Shown piece after piece: positions 18,682-29,684 of a stretch of 64,000 nucleotides of DNA; within the stretch, counting starts at the first letter, position 1, and every line of letters starts with the position of its first letter. This stretch comes from Candidatus Eiseniibacteriota bacterium. GTDB lineage: Bacteria > Eisenbacteria > RBG-16-71-46 > JABDJR01. Where the stretch lies: contig CAWANH010000028.1 in assembly GCA_963783375.1 (NCBI GenBank), forward strand, positions 896,001 to 960,000. The letters run 5' to 3'. The notes below the pieces were generated by a model. That model did not search any database and was not told the DNA's origin. It saw only the letters and a list, made by a program, of their open reading frames with translations. A program made the position numbers and the translations under genes.

Positions 18682-21600
18682 ATGTCCGGCGTGAACCATC
18701 ACCCCCCCCAGATCCTGGACCGCCCGGAACCGGTGTGGCGCGAGCGCTTCGGGGAGCTTCCCGCCCTGGGGGAGATCCTGGCCCACCTCGACGCCGAGGC
18801 CGGCTCCGGCGGCGCCCCGCGCCCGATCCACGTCCACAAGCTGGTGGGTTCGGCCAAGGCGCTCCTGGCGGCGGAGATCCGCCGCCGCACCGGCCGCCCG
18901 GTCCTGGTCCTCACCTCGGGGGAGGAAGGGGCCGAGGCCTTCCGCACCGACCTCGAGACGTTCCTCGCCGAGCCCGTCCTCTACCTGGCCGAGCACCAGG
19001 TCCGCCCCTACGAGGTCAAGGTGCCGCATACCGCGGTGGCGGCGGCCCGGCTCGAGGCCATGACCCGCCTGGCCGCCGACGAGGACGGCGTGGTGGTGGC
19101 CACCGCCCGGGCCCTGGCCGAGAAGGTTCCCTCCCCCCGCGTTCTCCGCGAGCACCTGGTCGCCTTCAAGGTCGGGGATCCGGTGGACGTGGAGGAGATT
19201 CTCACCCGGCTCACCTACCTGGGCTACGACCGGTCCCAGGCGGTGGAGGAGGTGGGGGACTTCGCGCTCCGGGGGGGGATCCTCGACGTCTACTCCCTGG
19301 GCGGGGAGCACCCCATCCGGATCGAGATCGAGTACGACGAGACCGCCTCGATCCGCGAGTTCGACGTCCACACCCAGCGCTCGGTCCGCTCGCTGGACCG
19401 GGCGGTGGTGATCCCCCGCTACGAGCTTCTCCTGGACGAGAAGCGCATTCGCGAGGCGGCGGACGCGCTCGGGGCGGAGAGCCCGGAGGCCGGCCGCGAG
19501 CTGGAGAGCGCCTTCGAGGTGGAGATCCACCCCGCGGGGATCGAGCGGGTGGCCGCCCGCTTCGGCCAGGAGCTGGGCTCGTTCCTGGGCTACCTCCCGC
19601 CGGGCGCCGTGGTCCTGGTGGAGGAGCCGGGGATGCTGCGGGCGCGGGTGGAAACGATCTGGGACGAGGTACTCGCCGCCTACGATGCGGTTCACGCCGA
19701 CTTCCCCCACGTGAGCCGCCCGGCCGATCTCTACCTCGATCCCTCGGTCCTCTACGAGGAACTCACCCTGTTCCCCGAGGTGCGCCTGTCCGACTTTTCC
19801 CAGGAGCCCGGCGACGCGGTCCTGGTCAAGGCGCGCTCCTCCCCTCCGGAATCCTTCGGCCGGAAGATCGATCTCTGGCGGGAGTACCTCCGCGGGCTCG
19901 TCCTCCGTGGGCTGGACGTGGTGGTGTTCTGCGACAACGAGGGCCAGCGCACCCGGCTCCACGAGCTCCTGGTGGAGGAGGGAATCGCGGTGCGGCTGAT
20001 CCTGGGGGTGATCTCCGCCGGCTTCCTTCTCGAGGAGGCGGGGCTGGCCGCGCTCACCGACCACGAGTTCTTCGGCCGCCCCCGCCGCCGCGCCCGCGCC
20101 CGCCGGTTCCGGTCCGGCTTCGGGCTGAAGGAGCTCCGCACCCTCAAGCCCGGGTCCTTCGTGGTCCACGTCGAGCACGGGATCGCGCGCTACCTGGGGC
20201 TCAGCCGCCTGGAGGTGAACGGCCACCTCACCGACGTGGCCCAGCTCGAATACCAGGGGAGCGACAAGCTCTACGTCCCGGTGGACCAGCTCGGGCTCAT
20301 CCAGCGCTACTCCTCGGAGGAGGGGAAGACGCCGGCCCTGTCCCGGCTGGGCGGGACCGGTTGGGCCAAGACCAAGAGCAAGGCCAAGAAGGCCATCCAG
20401 GAGATCGCCGGGGAACTGGTCCGGACCTACGCGCTCCGCAAGGCCCACCCCGGCCACGCCTTCGGCCCCGACACCCCCTGGCAGCGGGAGCTCGAGGGCT
20501 CGTTCCCCTTCGAGGAGACCCCCGACCAGCTGAAGGCGGTGGAGGCGACCAAGACCGACATGGAGACCCCCACCCCCATGGACCGGTTGATCTGCGGGGA
20601 CGTGGGGTACGGCAAGACCGAGGTCGCGGTGCGGGCCGCGTTCAAGGCGGTGATGGACGGGAAGCAGGTGGCGATGCTCGTCCCCACCACCATCCTCGCC
20701 GAACAGCACTTCAACACCTTCGCCGAGCGCTTCCGGGACTTCCCGATGCGGGTGGACATGCTTTCCCGCTTCCGCACCGCCCGGGAGCGGGCGTCGATCC
20801 TGGAAAAGGCCGCCGCCGGGACCCTCGACATGGTGATCGGCACCCACGCCCTCCTGGGCAAGGGCACCCGGTTCAAGAACCTCGGCCTCATCGTGGTGGA
20901 CGAGGAACAGCGCTTCGGGGTGGCCCACAAGGAGAAGCTGAAGCGGCTCCGGGCCAACGTGGACGTGCTCACCCTGACCGCCACCCCGATTCCCCGGACC
21001 TTGAACCTGTCGCTTCTGGGGGTGCGCGACATCACGGTGATCCAGACCCCGCCCGAGGGGCGGATGTCCGTCCAGACCGAGATCGCGGAGTTCGACCGGG
21101 AGCTCATCCAGGAGGCCCTGCTCCGCGAGGCCGACCGCGGGGGGCAGTCGTTCTTCGTCCACAACCGGGTCGAGTCGATCCACACCATGGCGGTCTTCAT
21201 CCAGAAGCTCTGTCCCCAGCTCCGGGTGGCGGTGGCCCACGGCCAGATGGCCGAGCGCCAGCTCGAGAAGGTCATGCACGACTTCGTGGAGAAGCGGATC
21301 GACGTCCTGGTGGCCACCATGATCATCGAGAACGGCCTCGACATCCCGTCGGTGAACACCATGGTGGTGAACCGGGCCGACGCCTTCGGCCTCTCTCAGC
21401 TCTACCAGCTCCGCGGCCGGGTGGGCCGGAGCGTGCAGAAGGCGTTCTGCTACTTCCTGGTCCCCGCCAACACCGCCCTGTACCGAGAACGCCATGAAGC
21501 GGCTCCGGGCCATCGCCGAGTTCGACGAGCTGGGAAGCGGCTTCGCCCTGGCCATGCGCGACCTGGAGATCCGGGGGGCGGGCAACATCCTGGGCCGCGA

Positions 21601-22147
21601 GCAATCGGGGCACATCATCTCGGTCGGCTTCGAGATGTACGTCCGCCTGGTGGAGGAGGCGGTCAGGGAGCTCAAGGGACTCCCGACCGAGGAGCGCCCC
21701 GAGCCGAGGCTCACCACCGACGTGGACGCCTACCTCCCCGACGACTACGTGGAGGACGCCGAGGAGAAGGTGGCGTTCTACAAGCGGCTGGCCGACGCCT
21801 CGGATCCGGACGAGATCCAGGCCCTGGAGGAGGAGCTTCGCGACCGGTTCGGCCGGCTGGCCCTCCCCGCCGAGGCCCTGTTCCAGCTCCGGCGGCTGAG
21901 GCTCCTGGGGGGGATGGCCGGGGTCTCCTCAATCTGGCTGCGAGGCAATAAGATCGACTTCGAGCTGGCCGCCCCCCCCGCCCCGGGTACGATCAAGGAG
22001 TGGATGAAACAAATCACGGTTCCGGTAGAGTTTGCGACTTCCGGGCGCTTCGTGCTCAAGGCCAAGGGGGGTCTTCCCGAAGCGCTGGACCTTCTGTCCC
22101 GGATGGCGGGTAATCCCCCCGGGGACGAAACCGGGACCGGGGCCTAG
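18682..22147 (+). CDS. mfd: Transcription-repair coupling factor (frameshift at about 21481)
   Basis: UvrB-like, RID (VHVEHGI), GDVGYGKT, DEEQRFG, QLRGRVGR. The TRG motif (GSGF.LAMRDLEIRGAGN) and TRCF domain follow in a second frame. Confidence 0.93.
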
Positions 22148-22214
22148 TCCCGGGACTCGCGGCGGCCGGCGGGATTCCGGCCCGGCCGGTTGGCAATTCA
22201 CCGAAAGCAGGACC

Positions 22215-23504
22215 ATGAGACGCATTCTCGGCAGCCTGGCGGTCCTGGTGGCCGCCTTCGCGCTCCTCACCGGGGCCGAGCAGATCATCGACCGCATCGC
22301 CGCGGTGGTGAACGACGACATCATTCTCCGTTCCGAGGTGGACGAGAAGATGTTCATCCTCGACTCCCAGAACCAGCTGGCGGGGAAGGATTCCACCGAG
22401 ATCGCCCAGATCCGCTCGGACGTCCTGAACCGGCTCATCGAGGAGCGGCTGGTGGTGCAGCGCGCCAAGAGCCAGGGGATCACCGTGGACGACAGCGAGG
22501 TCACCCAGCAGGTGGACCAGGCCATGGCCAAGGTGAAGGCGCAGTTTCCCTCGGACGCGGAGTACCAGGGCGCCCTCGAGAAGGAAGGCATCACCCAGAC
22601 CATGCTCCGGGAGCGCTACGAGACCGACATCCGCCAGGAGCTTCTGGCCCAGAAGGTGGTGGGACGGGAGATCCGGAGCAAGGTTGAGGTGTCCACCGAC
22701 CAGGTCCAGAAATACTACGGGGAGCACAAGGACGAACTCCCCCAGAAGCCCGACGAGGTCCACCTGGCCCACATCGTGATCTACCCGGTGGACCCGGCCA
22801 AGGAGCAGGCGGCGCTGTCCCGGATCCAGGCCGCCCGCGCGCGCATCGTGAACGGCGAGAGCTTCGAGACGGTGGCCAAGGAGGTATCCGACGATCCCTC
22901 GGCCGGCAACGGCGGGCTTCTCCCCGGCTGGTACCAGCCCGGGGACCTCGACCCCGATTTCGAGGCCGCCGCCGATAGCCTCCAGATCGGCGAGCTTTCC
23001 CAGCCCATCCGCACCCAGTACGGCTACCACCTGATCGAGGTGGTGGACCGGGACGGGCCGAAGTACCAGGTTCGCCACGTCCTGGCCATGGTGAAGCCCT
23101 CGCCGGCCGACGTTCAGACCGCCGAGGCCACCGCGGAGAAGGCCCGTGAGCGGGTGCTGGGGGGCGAGGACTTCGGCAAGGTGGCGGCGGAGATGAGCGA
23201 CGACCCGCTCACCAAGGACCAGGACGGCGACCTGGGGTGGACTCCGATCCAGGCCCTGGTCCCGGCGGTGGCCCAGCTCGTCGACAGCGTGGGGGTGAAC
23301 GGGATCAGCCCGGTGGTGCGCTCCAACCGTGGCTTCCACGTGTTCAAGATCCTGAACCGGAGGAGCGGCGGGGCCTATACCTACGACGAGGTCCAGGACC
23401 GGCTCAAGAACTACCTGGAGCAGCAGGAGCTCGAGAAGGCCTACGACAAGTGGATGACCGCGGTGCGGGACTCCGCCTACGTGGAGATCAAGGCGGCCTC
23501 CTGA
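22215..23504 (+). CDS. surA: SurA-like periplasmic peptidyl-prolyl isomerase
   Basis: Signal peptide; IDRIAAVVND.IIL; two parvulin domains (HLAHI..SDD..GG.L, RHVL..SDD..GDLGW). Confidence 0.85.
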   Translation: MRRILGSLAVLVAAFALLTGAEQIIDRIAAVVNDDIILRSEVDEKMFILDSQNQLAGKDSTEIAQIRSDVLNRLIEERLVVQRAKSQGITVDDSEVTQQVDQAMAKVKAQFPSDAEYQGALEKEGITQTMLRERYETDIRQELLAQKVVGREIRSKVEVSTDQVQKYYGEHKDELPQKPDEVHLAHIVIYPVDPAKEQAALSRIQAARARIVNGESFETVAKEVSDDPSAGNGGLLPGWYQPGDLDPDFEAAADSLQIGELSQPIRTQYGYHLIEVVDRDGPKYQVRHVLAMVKPSPADVQTAEATAEKARERVLGGEDFGKVAAEMSDDPLTKDQDGDLGWTPIQALVPAVAQLVDSVGVNGISPVVRSNRGFHVFKILNRRSGGAYTYDEVQDRLKNYLEQQELEKAYDKWMTAVRDSAYVEIKAAS

Positions 23505-23530
23505 CCGCTCCGTTGGGGGAACCCGACCCG

Positions 23531-23800
23531 ATGCGGATCGACGTCTACCTGAACGCGGTGAACATCCTGAAGAGCCGCACCCTGGCCAAGGAAGCCGCGG
23601 AGCGGGGGAAGGCGACCCTGAACGGGCAGCCGGTGAAGGGAGCCCACCCGGTGGCGCCCGGAGACCGGGTCCGGCTCGACCTGGGGACCCGGGTCCTCAC
23701 CATCGAGGTGGTGGAGATTCCATCCGGACCGGTGGCGAAGAAGCTCTCCGGGGACTACTACACCGTGATCTCCGACGAGAGGGTCTCCCTGGACTTCTGA
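23531..23800 (+). CDS. S4-domain RNA-binding protein (Hsp15/YabO-like)
   Basis: MRID.YL....I.KSRT.AKE....G....NG...K....V..GD. Confidence 0.88.
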   Translation: MRIDVYLNAVNILKSRTLAKEAAERGKATLNGQPVKGAHPVAPGDRVRLDLGTRVLTIEVVEIPSGPVAKKLSGDYYTVISDERVSLDF

Positions 23801-23869
23801 GCGCCCGCGCCCACCGCCGGTTCGCGGCCCCGTTTCATCAAACGATCATTCCCCCGGAAGGAGGACGTC

Positions 23870-25249
23870 ATGGCATCGGGCTACGATGCGATCATCATCG
23901 GGACCGGGCAGGCCGGTCCGGGTCTGGCCGGGCGCCTCACCGCCGCCGGCATGAAGGTGGCTATCGTCGAGCGGAACCGCTTCGGCGGCACCTGCGTCAA
24001 TACCGGCTGCATCCCCACCAAGGCCATGGTGGCCAGCGCCCGCGCCGCCCACGTGGCCCGGCGGGCCGCCGATCTCGGGGTTCGGATCGAGGGGTCGGTT
24101 GCGGTGGACATGGCCGCGGTCAAGGCCCGGAAGGACCGGATCGTGGCGGAGTCCCGGGATCCACTGAAGGGGTGGCTCGATGGGATGGACGGCTGCACGG
24201 TCTACCGGGGGCACGCGCGGTTCGAGAACACCCACGCGGTCCGGGTGGGGGACGATCGGCTCGAGAGCGAGCGGATCTTCGTCAACGTCGGCGGACGGGC
24301 GGCGGTGCCGGAAATGCCCGGGATCGACACCGTTCCGGTCCTCACCAACTCGACCATGATGGACGTGGACTTCCTTCCCGAGCACCTGGTGGTGGTGGGG
24401 GGAAGCTACATCGGGCTCGAGTTCGGCCAGATGTTCCGGCGGTTCGGGAGCCGGGTCACGATCATCGAGAAGGGCCCGCGGCTGATCGGCCGGGAGGACG
24501 AGGACGTCTCCGAGGCGATCCGGGGGATCCTCGAGAACGAGGGGATCGAGTTCCGGCTGAACGCGGAGTGCATCGGCTTCGAGAAGCGCGACGGGGGGAT
24601 CGCGGCGCGGGCGGAGTGCGCCGAAGGACCGCCCGAGGTCGCCGGCACCCACGTCCTGCTCGCGGTGGGGCGGCGCCCCAACACCGACGACCTGGGCCTG
24701 GAAAAGGCCGGGATCGAGGCCGACGATCGCGGCTACATCGTGACCGACGACCAGCTTCGGACGAGCGTGGAGGGGGTGTGGGCCCTGGGGGACTGCAACG
24801 GGAAGGGCGCCTTCACCCACACCTCCTACAACGACTACGAGGTGGTGGCGGCGAACCTGTTGGACGACGACCCCCGGCGGGTGAGCGACCGGATCACCGC
24901 CTACAATCTATACGTCGACCCGCCCCTCGGGCGGGCGGGCCTGACCGAGGCCCAGGTGCGCTCGTCGGGGCGGAAGGCCCTCCGGGGCTACCGGCCCATG
25001 ACCCGGGTGGCCCGGGCCGCCGAGAGGAGCGAGACCCAGGGGTTCATGAAGGTGCTGGTGGACGCGGAGACCGAGCGGATCCTGGGGGCGGCGATCCTGG
25101 GGATCGAGGGCGACGAGGTCATCCACTCGATCCTCGACGTCATGTACGCCGACGCTCCCTACACCGTGATCAGCCGGGCCGTGCACATCCACCCCACGGT
25201 CTCGGAGCTGGTGCCGACGATGTTGCAGGAGCTGGAGCCGTTGGATTGA
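23870..25249 (+). CDS. FAD-dependent pyridine nucleotide-disulfide oxidoreductase (MerA/Lpd-related)
   Basis: GTGQAG, GGTCVNTGCIPTK redox disulfide, GGSYIGLE, C-terminal HPTVSE; no C-terminal Cys-Cys. Confidence 0.9.
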   Translation: MASGYDAIIIGTGQAGPGLAGRLTAAGMKVAIVERNRFGGTCVNTGCIPTKAMVASARAAHVARRAADLGVRIEGSVAVDMAAVKARKDRIVAESRDPLKGWLDGMDGCTVYRGHARFENTHAVRVGDDRLESERIFVNVGGRAAVPEMPGIDTVPVLTNSTMMDVDFLPEHLVVVGGSYIGLEFGQMFRRFGSRVTIIEKGPRLIGREDEDVSEAIRGILENEGIEFRLNAECIGFEKRDGGIAARAECAEGPPEVAGTHVLLAVGRRPNTDDLGLEKAGIEADDRGYIVTDDQLRTSVEGVWALGDCNGKGAFTHTSYNDYEVVAANLLDDDPRRVSDRITAYNLYVDPPLGRAGLTEAQVRSSGRKALRGYRPMTRVARAAERSETQGFMKVLVDAETERILGAAILGIEGDEVIHSILDVMYADAPYTVISRAVHIHPTVSELVPTMLQELEPLD

Positions 25250-25369
25250 ATTCGGAGGCGCGGATCGTTCGCGTTGTCGCCTGATCGATCGGGCCGATGT
25301 TCGTTTTGATCGTGGTTCGTTTGTGTCGTTGTTTGCCGGTACGGAAACCATCATCACGGGAGGTGACCC

Positions 25370-26374
25370 ATGCGACGGGTCCAATTGGTATTGGTGGCAT
25401 CGGCGGTCGCGGCTCTGGCCGGCTGGACGCTCGGCGGGTGCTACGGCCAGAAGAAGCAATCGGAGCGCCTATCCGAAACTCCGGCCGACACCACGGGGCT
25501 CGCCGCCGCCTCGGACTCGGCGTTCGTTCCCTACTGGACGTCGCGCGGGATCGTCTACATCCAGGCGGTCTGCGACTCGACCGGCCGGGTGATCCAGGCC
25601 ACGCCCTACGAGGGGGACGTGACCGGCCCCACCGCCGACTCCCTGGTGGCCCTGGTTCGGGGATCGACCTATTCCCCGGAGGACCTGGAGCGGCGCGAGA
25701 CCGGGCAGTTCGACGTGGTGATCCCGTTCGCACTCAACCGCCGCGCCGAAGGTTTCGGCGGGCGGGAGGGCCCGAGGCTCGCCGCCGCGGTCCGCGACAC
25801 GCTGCGCGAGGGGTCCTTGAAGCCCTGGTACGACCTGTGGCGGGCGGTCGATCCCGGCTTCACCCTGGACGACTTCACCTCCACCGGCCCGCAGCCCATT
25901 CCCCGGGCGGAGTGGCCGCACTTCCTGGACACCCCGGAGATCACGGCCAAGGCGGGGCTGGGGCTCCTGCGGGTCTCCTCCTCCGGCAGGTGGGTGCTGG
26001 ACCCCTACGCCGGAACGACCTTCCCCGGGGGGCAGCCGGCGGCGGACGTCGATCGGGGGTTTTCGCTGAGCGAGGAGGCGACGGGAAAGCGCATCTTCCA
26101 CGTCGTCGCGCCCAGGGAGGACATGTGGCTCGCCGCCTGGACCGGTCCCGACACCTTCGTCATCGTGGGCATGGCGGCGGTGTTGAATCCGAAAGCCCGG
26201 CACGGGCGGGACCTGGACGTCTGGGCCCCCGCGGTCTGGATCGGCGACGCCGATGCCGGGACGCTGGAGACCTTCCACGGCGTGCCGGTGGACCCCCGGG
26301 AGACGCGCGAGGTGGACGCGCGGAAGACGAAGCTCCTGGAAGGGGCGTTTCCGAACGTGAACTGGGCGGGGTAG
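25370..26374 (+). CDS. Hypothetical lipoprotein
   Basis: GGAGG RBS; lipobox LGGC; codon usage consistent with coding. Confidence 0.75.
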   Translation: MRRVQLVLVASAVAALAGWTLGGCYGQKKQSERLSETPADTTGLAAASDSAFVPYWTSRGIVYIQAVCDSTGRVIQATPYEGDVTGPTADSLVALVRGSTYSPEDLERRETGQFDVVIPFALNRRAEGFGGREGPRLAAAVRDTLREGSLKPWYDLWRAVDPGFTLDDFTSTGPQPIPRAEWPHFLDTPEITAKAGLGLLRVSSSGRWVLDPYAGTTFPGGQPAADVDRGFSLSEEATGKRIFHVVAPREDMWLAAWTGPDTFVIVGMAAVLNPKARHGRDLDVWAPAVWIGDADAGTLETFHGVPVDPRETREVDARKTKLLEGAFPNVNWAG

Positions 26375-26476
26375 GGGCGGGGCCGGCGTCCGCCGTCGCT
26401 CGGAGGGCCTTGGTCCCCCGGGGGAACTTCGGGCGCGGCCGTCGGGCGGGCGCACCTTCCGCGCCCGGGTACCGGC

Positions 26477-27067
26477 TCAGCCCCCCGCGGTGACGAGCAG
26501 GCCGAACAGGTTCATCCACCAGAGGAACAGGCACGCCCCCACCAGGATGATCTCGGCGCGGTTGAAGGCGACCCGGACCGGGAGCCGCGGCTCGGCCACC
26601 GACCAGACCGCGTTCATGGCCCCCTGGACGTAGACCAGGGGAAGGATCTGGAGGGCCAGGAGCAACACGTCGATCAGGAACGAGCTCAGGCTCTCCCCGA
26701 TCCCCTTCGGCTTCCAGCGATAGACCATGAGCCACACCGCGGTGGTGAAGAGGTTGATCCCGATGAAGGCCAGGAAAGCCCGGACCGCGGAGAACCCGGC
26801 GATCCCCAGCCGGAGCGCGGTGAGCTGAACGGCGCGGAAGAAGTCGTAGACCAGGTAGAAGTTCAGGAATGGAACGAGGAGCCCGGCGGTTCGCCATCCG
26901 GCGTGGGGCGTCTCCAGGTCGCGCCAGCTCCGCCAGAACCAGTAGAACTGGTACAGGCCGAAGGACGCGAAGATCAGGACCACCAGGCGCCGGACGGGGC
27001 GGGCCCGGGACCAGGCCGGCGGCGGGGCGGCGAGCTGTTCGTCGTTCCGAGGGTCGCGTTCATCCAT
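26477..27067 (-). CDS. DUF4234-like membrane protein
   Basis: L....SFGLY.FYWF, LVPF.N, Q..MN..W pattern; several TM helices. Confidence 0.7.
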   Translation of the reverse strand: MDERDPRNDEQLAAPPPAWSRARPVRRLVVLIFASFGLYQFYWFWRSWRDLETPHAGWRTAGLLVPFLNFYLVYDFFRAVQLTALRLGIAGFSAVRAFLAFIGINLFTTAVWLMVYRWKPKGIGESLSSFLIDVLLLALQILPLVYVQGAMNAVWSVAEPRLPVRVAFNRAEIILVGACLFLWWMNLFGLLVTAGG

Positions 27068-27101
27068 CGCGGCGGTTCCACCCAGTGCCCATCGTTGCCG
27101 T

Positions 27102-28523
27102 CTACTCCCCGTCGAGCTTCACGCTGTCCTTGTCGATGATCCCGGGCTGGGTCCATCGAATCGGATCGAGAAGCTCGCGCGCCCTGGCCTCGGGAATCCC
27201 CAGCACCTCCGCCGCCACCGCGATCACGCTCCGCCTCTCCGCCACCGCCTGCTTCACGATCTCCGCCGCCTTGCCGTACCCCACCACCGGGTTCAGCGCC
27301 GTGGCCAACGACACCGTCCGCTCGGCATAGTTGCGGCACACCTCGGGATCGGCCTCGATCCCCTCCACGCAGAGTTCGCGGAAGACCCGGAGCGCCCGGG
27401 TGAAGATCCCCATCGAGAACAGGATCTCGTAGGCGATGACCGGCATCATCACGTTGAGCTGGAACTGGCCGGCCGCCGACGCCATCGCGACCGCGGTCTC
27501 GGCCCCGATCACGTGGAAGCACACCATGTTCATGTTCTCCGCCATCACCGGGTTCACCTTCCCGGGCATGATCGAGGACCCGGGCTGGACGGCGGGGAGC
27601 ACGATCTCCCCGATCCCGCTGGTCGGCCCCGACGACATGAGACGGAGGTCGTTGGCGATCTTCGTCATCTCCAGGGCCACCCCCTTGAGCGCCCCGGCGT
27701 AGCGGGCGAAGTCGTGGGTGCTCTGGTGCATGGCCACCGGAGTCCCGATGGGGCGAAGCGGGAGGCCGGTGAGCCGCGCCAGCTCCTCGCAGATTTTCGG
27801 GGGATAGTCGGGGTGGCGGTTGACCCCGGTCCCCACCGCGGTTCCCCCGATCCCCAGCTCCTCCAGGGCCCCGGCGGCGGTCTCGAGATCCCGCCGCGCC
27901 CGCCGGATGGTCTCGGCGTAGCCGTCGAACACCTGGCCCAGGGTGATGGGCGTGGCGTCCTGGAGATGGGTCCGCCCCGCGGTCACCAGGTCCCGGAACG
28001 CGTGTCCGCGGTCGTGGAGGCTCCGGGCGAGGTCGTCCAGGGCTCTCTCCAGCTCGCCCTCCACCAGCTGCACCGCGATCCGCATGGCGGTGGGAAAGGT
28101 GTCGTTGGTGGATTGGCCGAAGTTCACGTGGTTGTTGGGGTGGACCGGGTCGTAGGTCCCCTTGGTCCCCCCCAGGATCTCGTTGGCCCGGTTGGCCAGG
28201 ACCTCGTTCACGTTCATGTGGTGGCTGGTGCCCGCCCCGGCCTGGAAGGGGTCCACCACGAACTGGTCGGCCAGCCGTCCGGCCAGGACCTCGTCCGCCG
28301 CCTGGACGATCGCCCCGGCCCGCCGCCGGTCCAGGAGCCCCAGGTCCGCGTTCACCGTGGCCGCCGCCCGCTTGAGGAAGGCGTAGGCCCGGACCAGGGA
28401 GGGATCGGGATCCAGCCCGGAAATGGGGAAGTTGTGCACGGCGCGCTGGGTCTGGGCCCCCCAGTAGGCCCCGGCGGGGACCTCGACCTCACCCAGGGAG
28501 TCGCGTTCGCGGCGGGTTTCCAT
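27102..28523 (-). CDS. aspA: Aspartate ammonia-lyase (class II fumarase superfamily)
   Basis: ERDSLG, YWGAQTQRA, HPN.HVN.GQSTND, GRTHLQDA, GSSIMPGKVNPV. NPV is closer to AspA than to the FumC NPTQ; substrate uncertain. Confidence 0.8.
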   Translation of the reverse strand: METRRERDSLGEVEVPAGAYWGAQTQRAVHNFPISGLDPDPSLVRAYAFLKRAAATVNADLGLLDRRRAGAIVQAADEVLAGRLADQFVVDPFQAGAGTSHHMNVNEVLANRANEILGGTKGTYDPVHPNNHVNFGQSTNDTFPTAMRIAVQLVEGELERALDDLARSLHDRGHAFRDLVTAGRTHLQDATPITLGQVFDGYAETIRRARRDLETAAGALEELGIGGTAVGTGVNRHPDYPPKICEELARLTGLPLRPIGTPVAMHQSTHDFARYAGALKGVALEMTKIANDLRLMSSGPTSGIGEIVLPAVQPGSSIMPGKVNPVMAENMNMVCFHVIGAETAVAMASAAGQFQLNVMMPVIAYEILFSMGIFTRALRVFRELCVEGIEADPEVCRNYAERTVSLATALNPVVGYGKAAEIVKQAVAERRSVIAVAAEVLGIPEARARELLDPIRWTQPGIIDKDSVKLDGE

Positions 28524-28925
28524 GCTGGGGCTCCTGACGACGGGGGAGGTTGGCTTGCGCGCCCCGGTCCCGAACCCGGGCCGCCCGGACGGGGATCGCG
28601 GGGAGCGCGAAAACGCAACCCATGCTAGCACAGGGAAATGGCGGGGACGAGGGAGCCGGTGGGGCCCGGTTCGAAGTCCCGGGAACCGCCGATCGCCCCC
28701 CCGGGTTCCCCCCGCGCCGACCCGGCGAAGCCGTTCATTGTCCGGCGGTGTGGGCTGTGATAGCCTCGGGCCTCCAGCCCACGATCGCCGGAGCGGATCA
28801 TCCAACCAGAATTCGCTACGGCCCAGCCTCGGCGCGGACGAAAACCCTTGGAGGGGGGGAATCGCTATCGCGAGCGATCCCTGTTGCCCTCCCCCGGCAT
28901 CACCGCGTTACCGACCACAAGGCAC

Positions 28926-29615
28926 ATGATCAAGTTTTTCCACGTCACCAAGGCGTACCGGAACGGCGCCCCGCCCGCGCTCGTGGACGTGAACCTCACC
29001 GTCGAGGACGGGGAGTTCGTCTATCTCGTGGGCCCGAGCGGCGCGGGCAAGACCACGATCCTGAAGCTCATCCACATGGAGCAGTTCCCCAGCGAGGGGG
29101 AAGTGGTGGTGGCCGGCTTCACCACCGCGGCCATGACCCGGAAGAAGATCCTCACCCTGCGCCGGCGGGTGGGGGTGGTCTTCCAGGACTACCGGCTCCT
29201 CCACGACCGGTCGGTCTACGAGAACGTGGCCTTTCCCCTCCGGCTCTTCGGCGAGTACGGCGAGACGGAGATCCGCGACCGGGTGGACTTCGTCCTCGAC
29301 CAGGTCGGCCTCCTCCACCGGGCCGAGGACCGTCCCCGCGAGCTTTCGGGGGGCGAGCAGCAACGGATCGCCCTCGCCCGCTCGGTGGCCAACCGCCCCT
29401 TCGTGCTCCTGGCCGACGAGCCGACCGCCAACCTGGACCCCAGGACCTCGGACGAGATCATCGACATCATCCGCCGCATCCACCTGGGCGGCACCGCGGT
29501 GATCCTGGCCACCCACAAGATGGAGCTGGTCATGAACTCCGGCGAGCGCTACGTCCGCATGGACGGCGGGGCCATCGTCGAGGACTGGGTGGATCCGCTC
29601 CGGGGGGTGCGCTGA
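28926..29615 (+). CDS. ftsE: Cell division ATP-binding protein FtsE
   Basis: GPSGAGKT, RRRVGVVFQDYRLL, LSGGEQQR, LADEPT; upstream of ftsX. Confidence 0.92.
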   Translation: MIKFFHVTKAYRNGAPPALVDVNLTVEDGEFVYLVGPSGAGKTTILKLIHMEQFPSEGEVVVAGFTTAAMTRKKILTLRRRVGVVFQDYRLLHDRSVYENVAFPLRLFGEYGETEIRDRVDFVLDQVGLLHRAEDRPRELSGGEQQRIALARSVANRPFVLLADEPTANLDPRTSDEIIDIIRRIHLGGTAVILATHKMELVMNSGERYVRMDGGAIVEDWVDPLRGVR

Positions 29616-29684
29616 CATGATCGCGTACCCGGAACCGACACGCCGGAGCGGCCCCGCCGGGCCGCCTCACGGGGGACCCCGGCC

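Noticed and set aside
23870-25249. Mercuric reductase merA
   Set aside because: No C-terminal Cys-Cys pair, no N-terminal metal-binding domain and no mer genes nearby.
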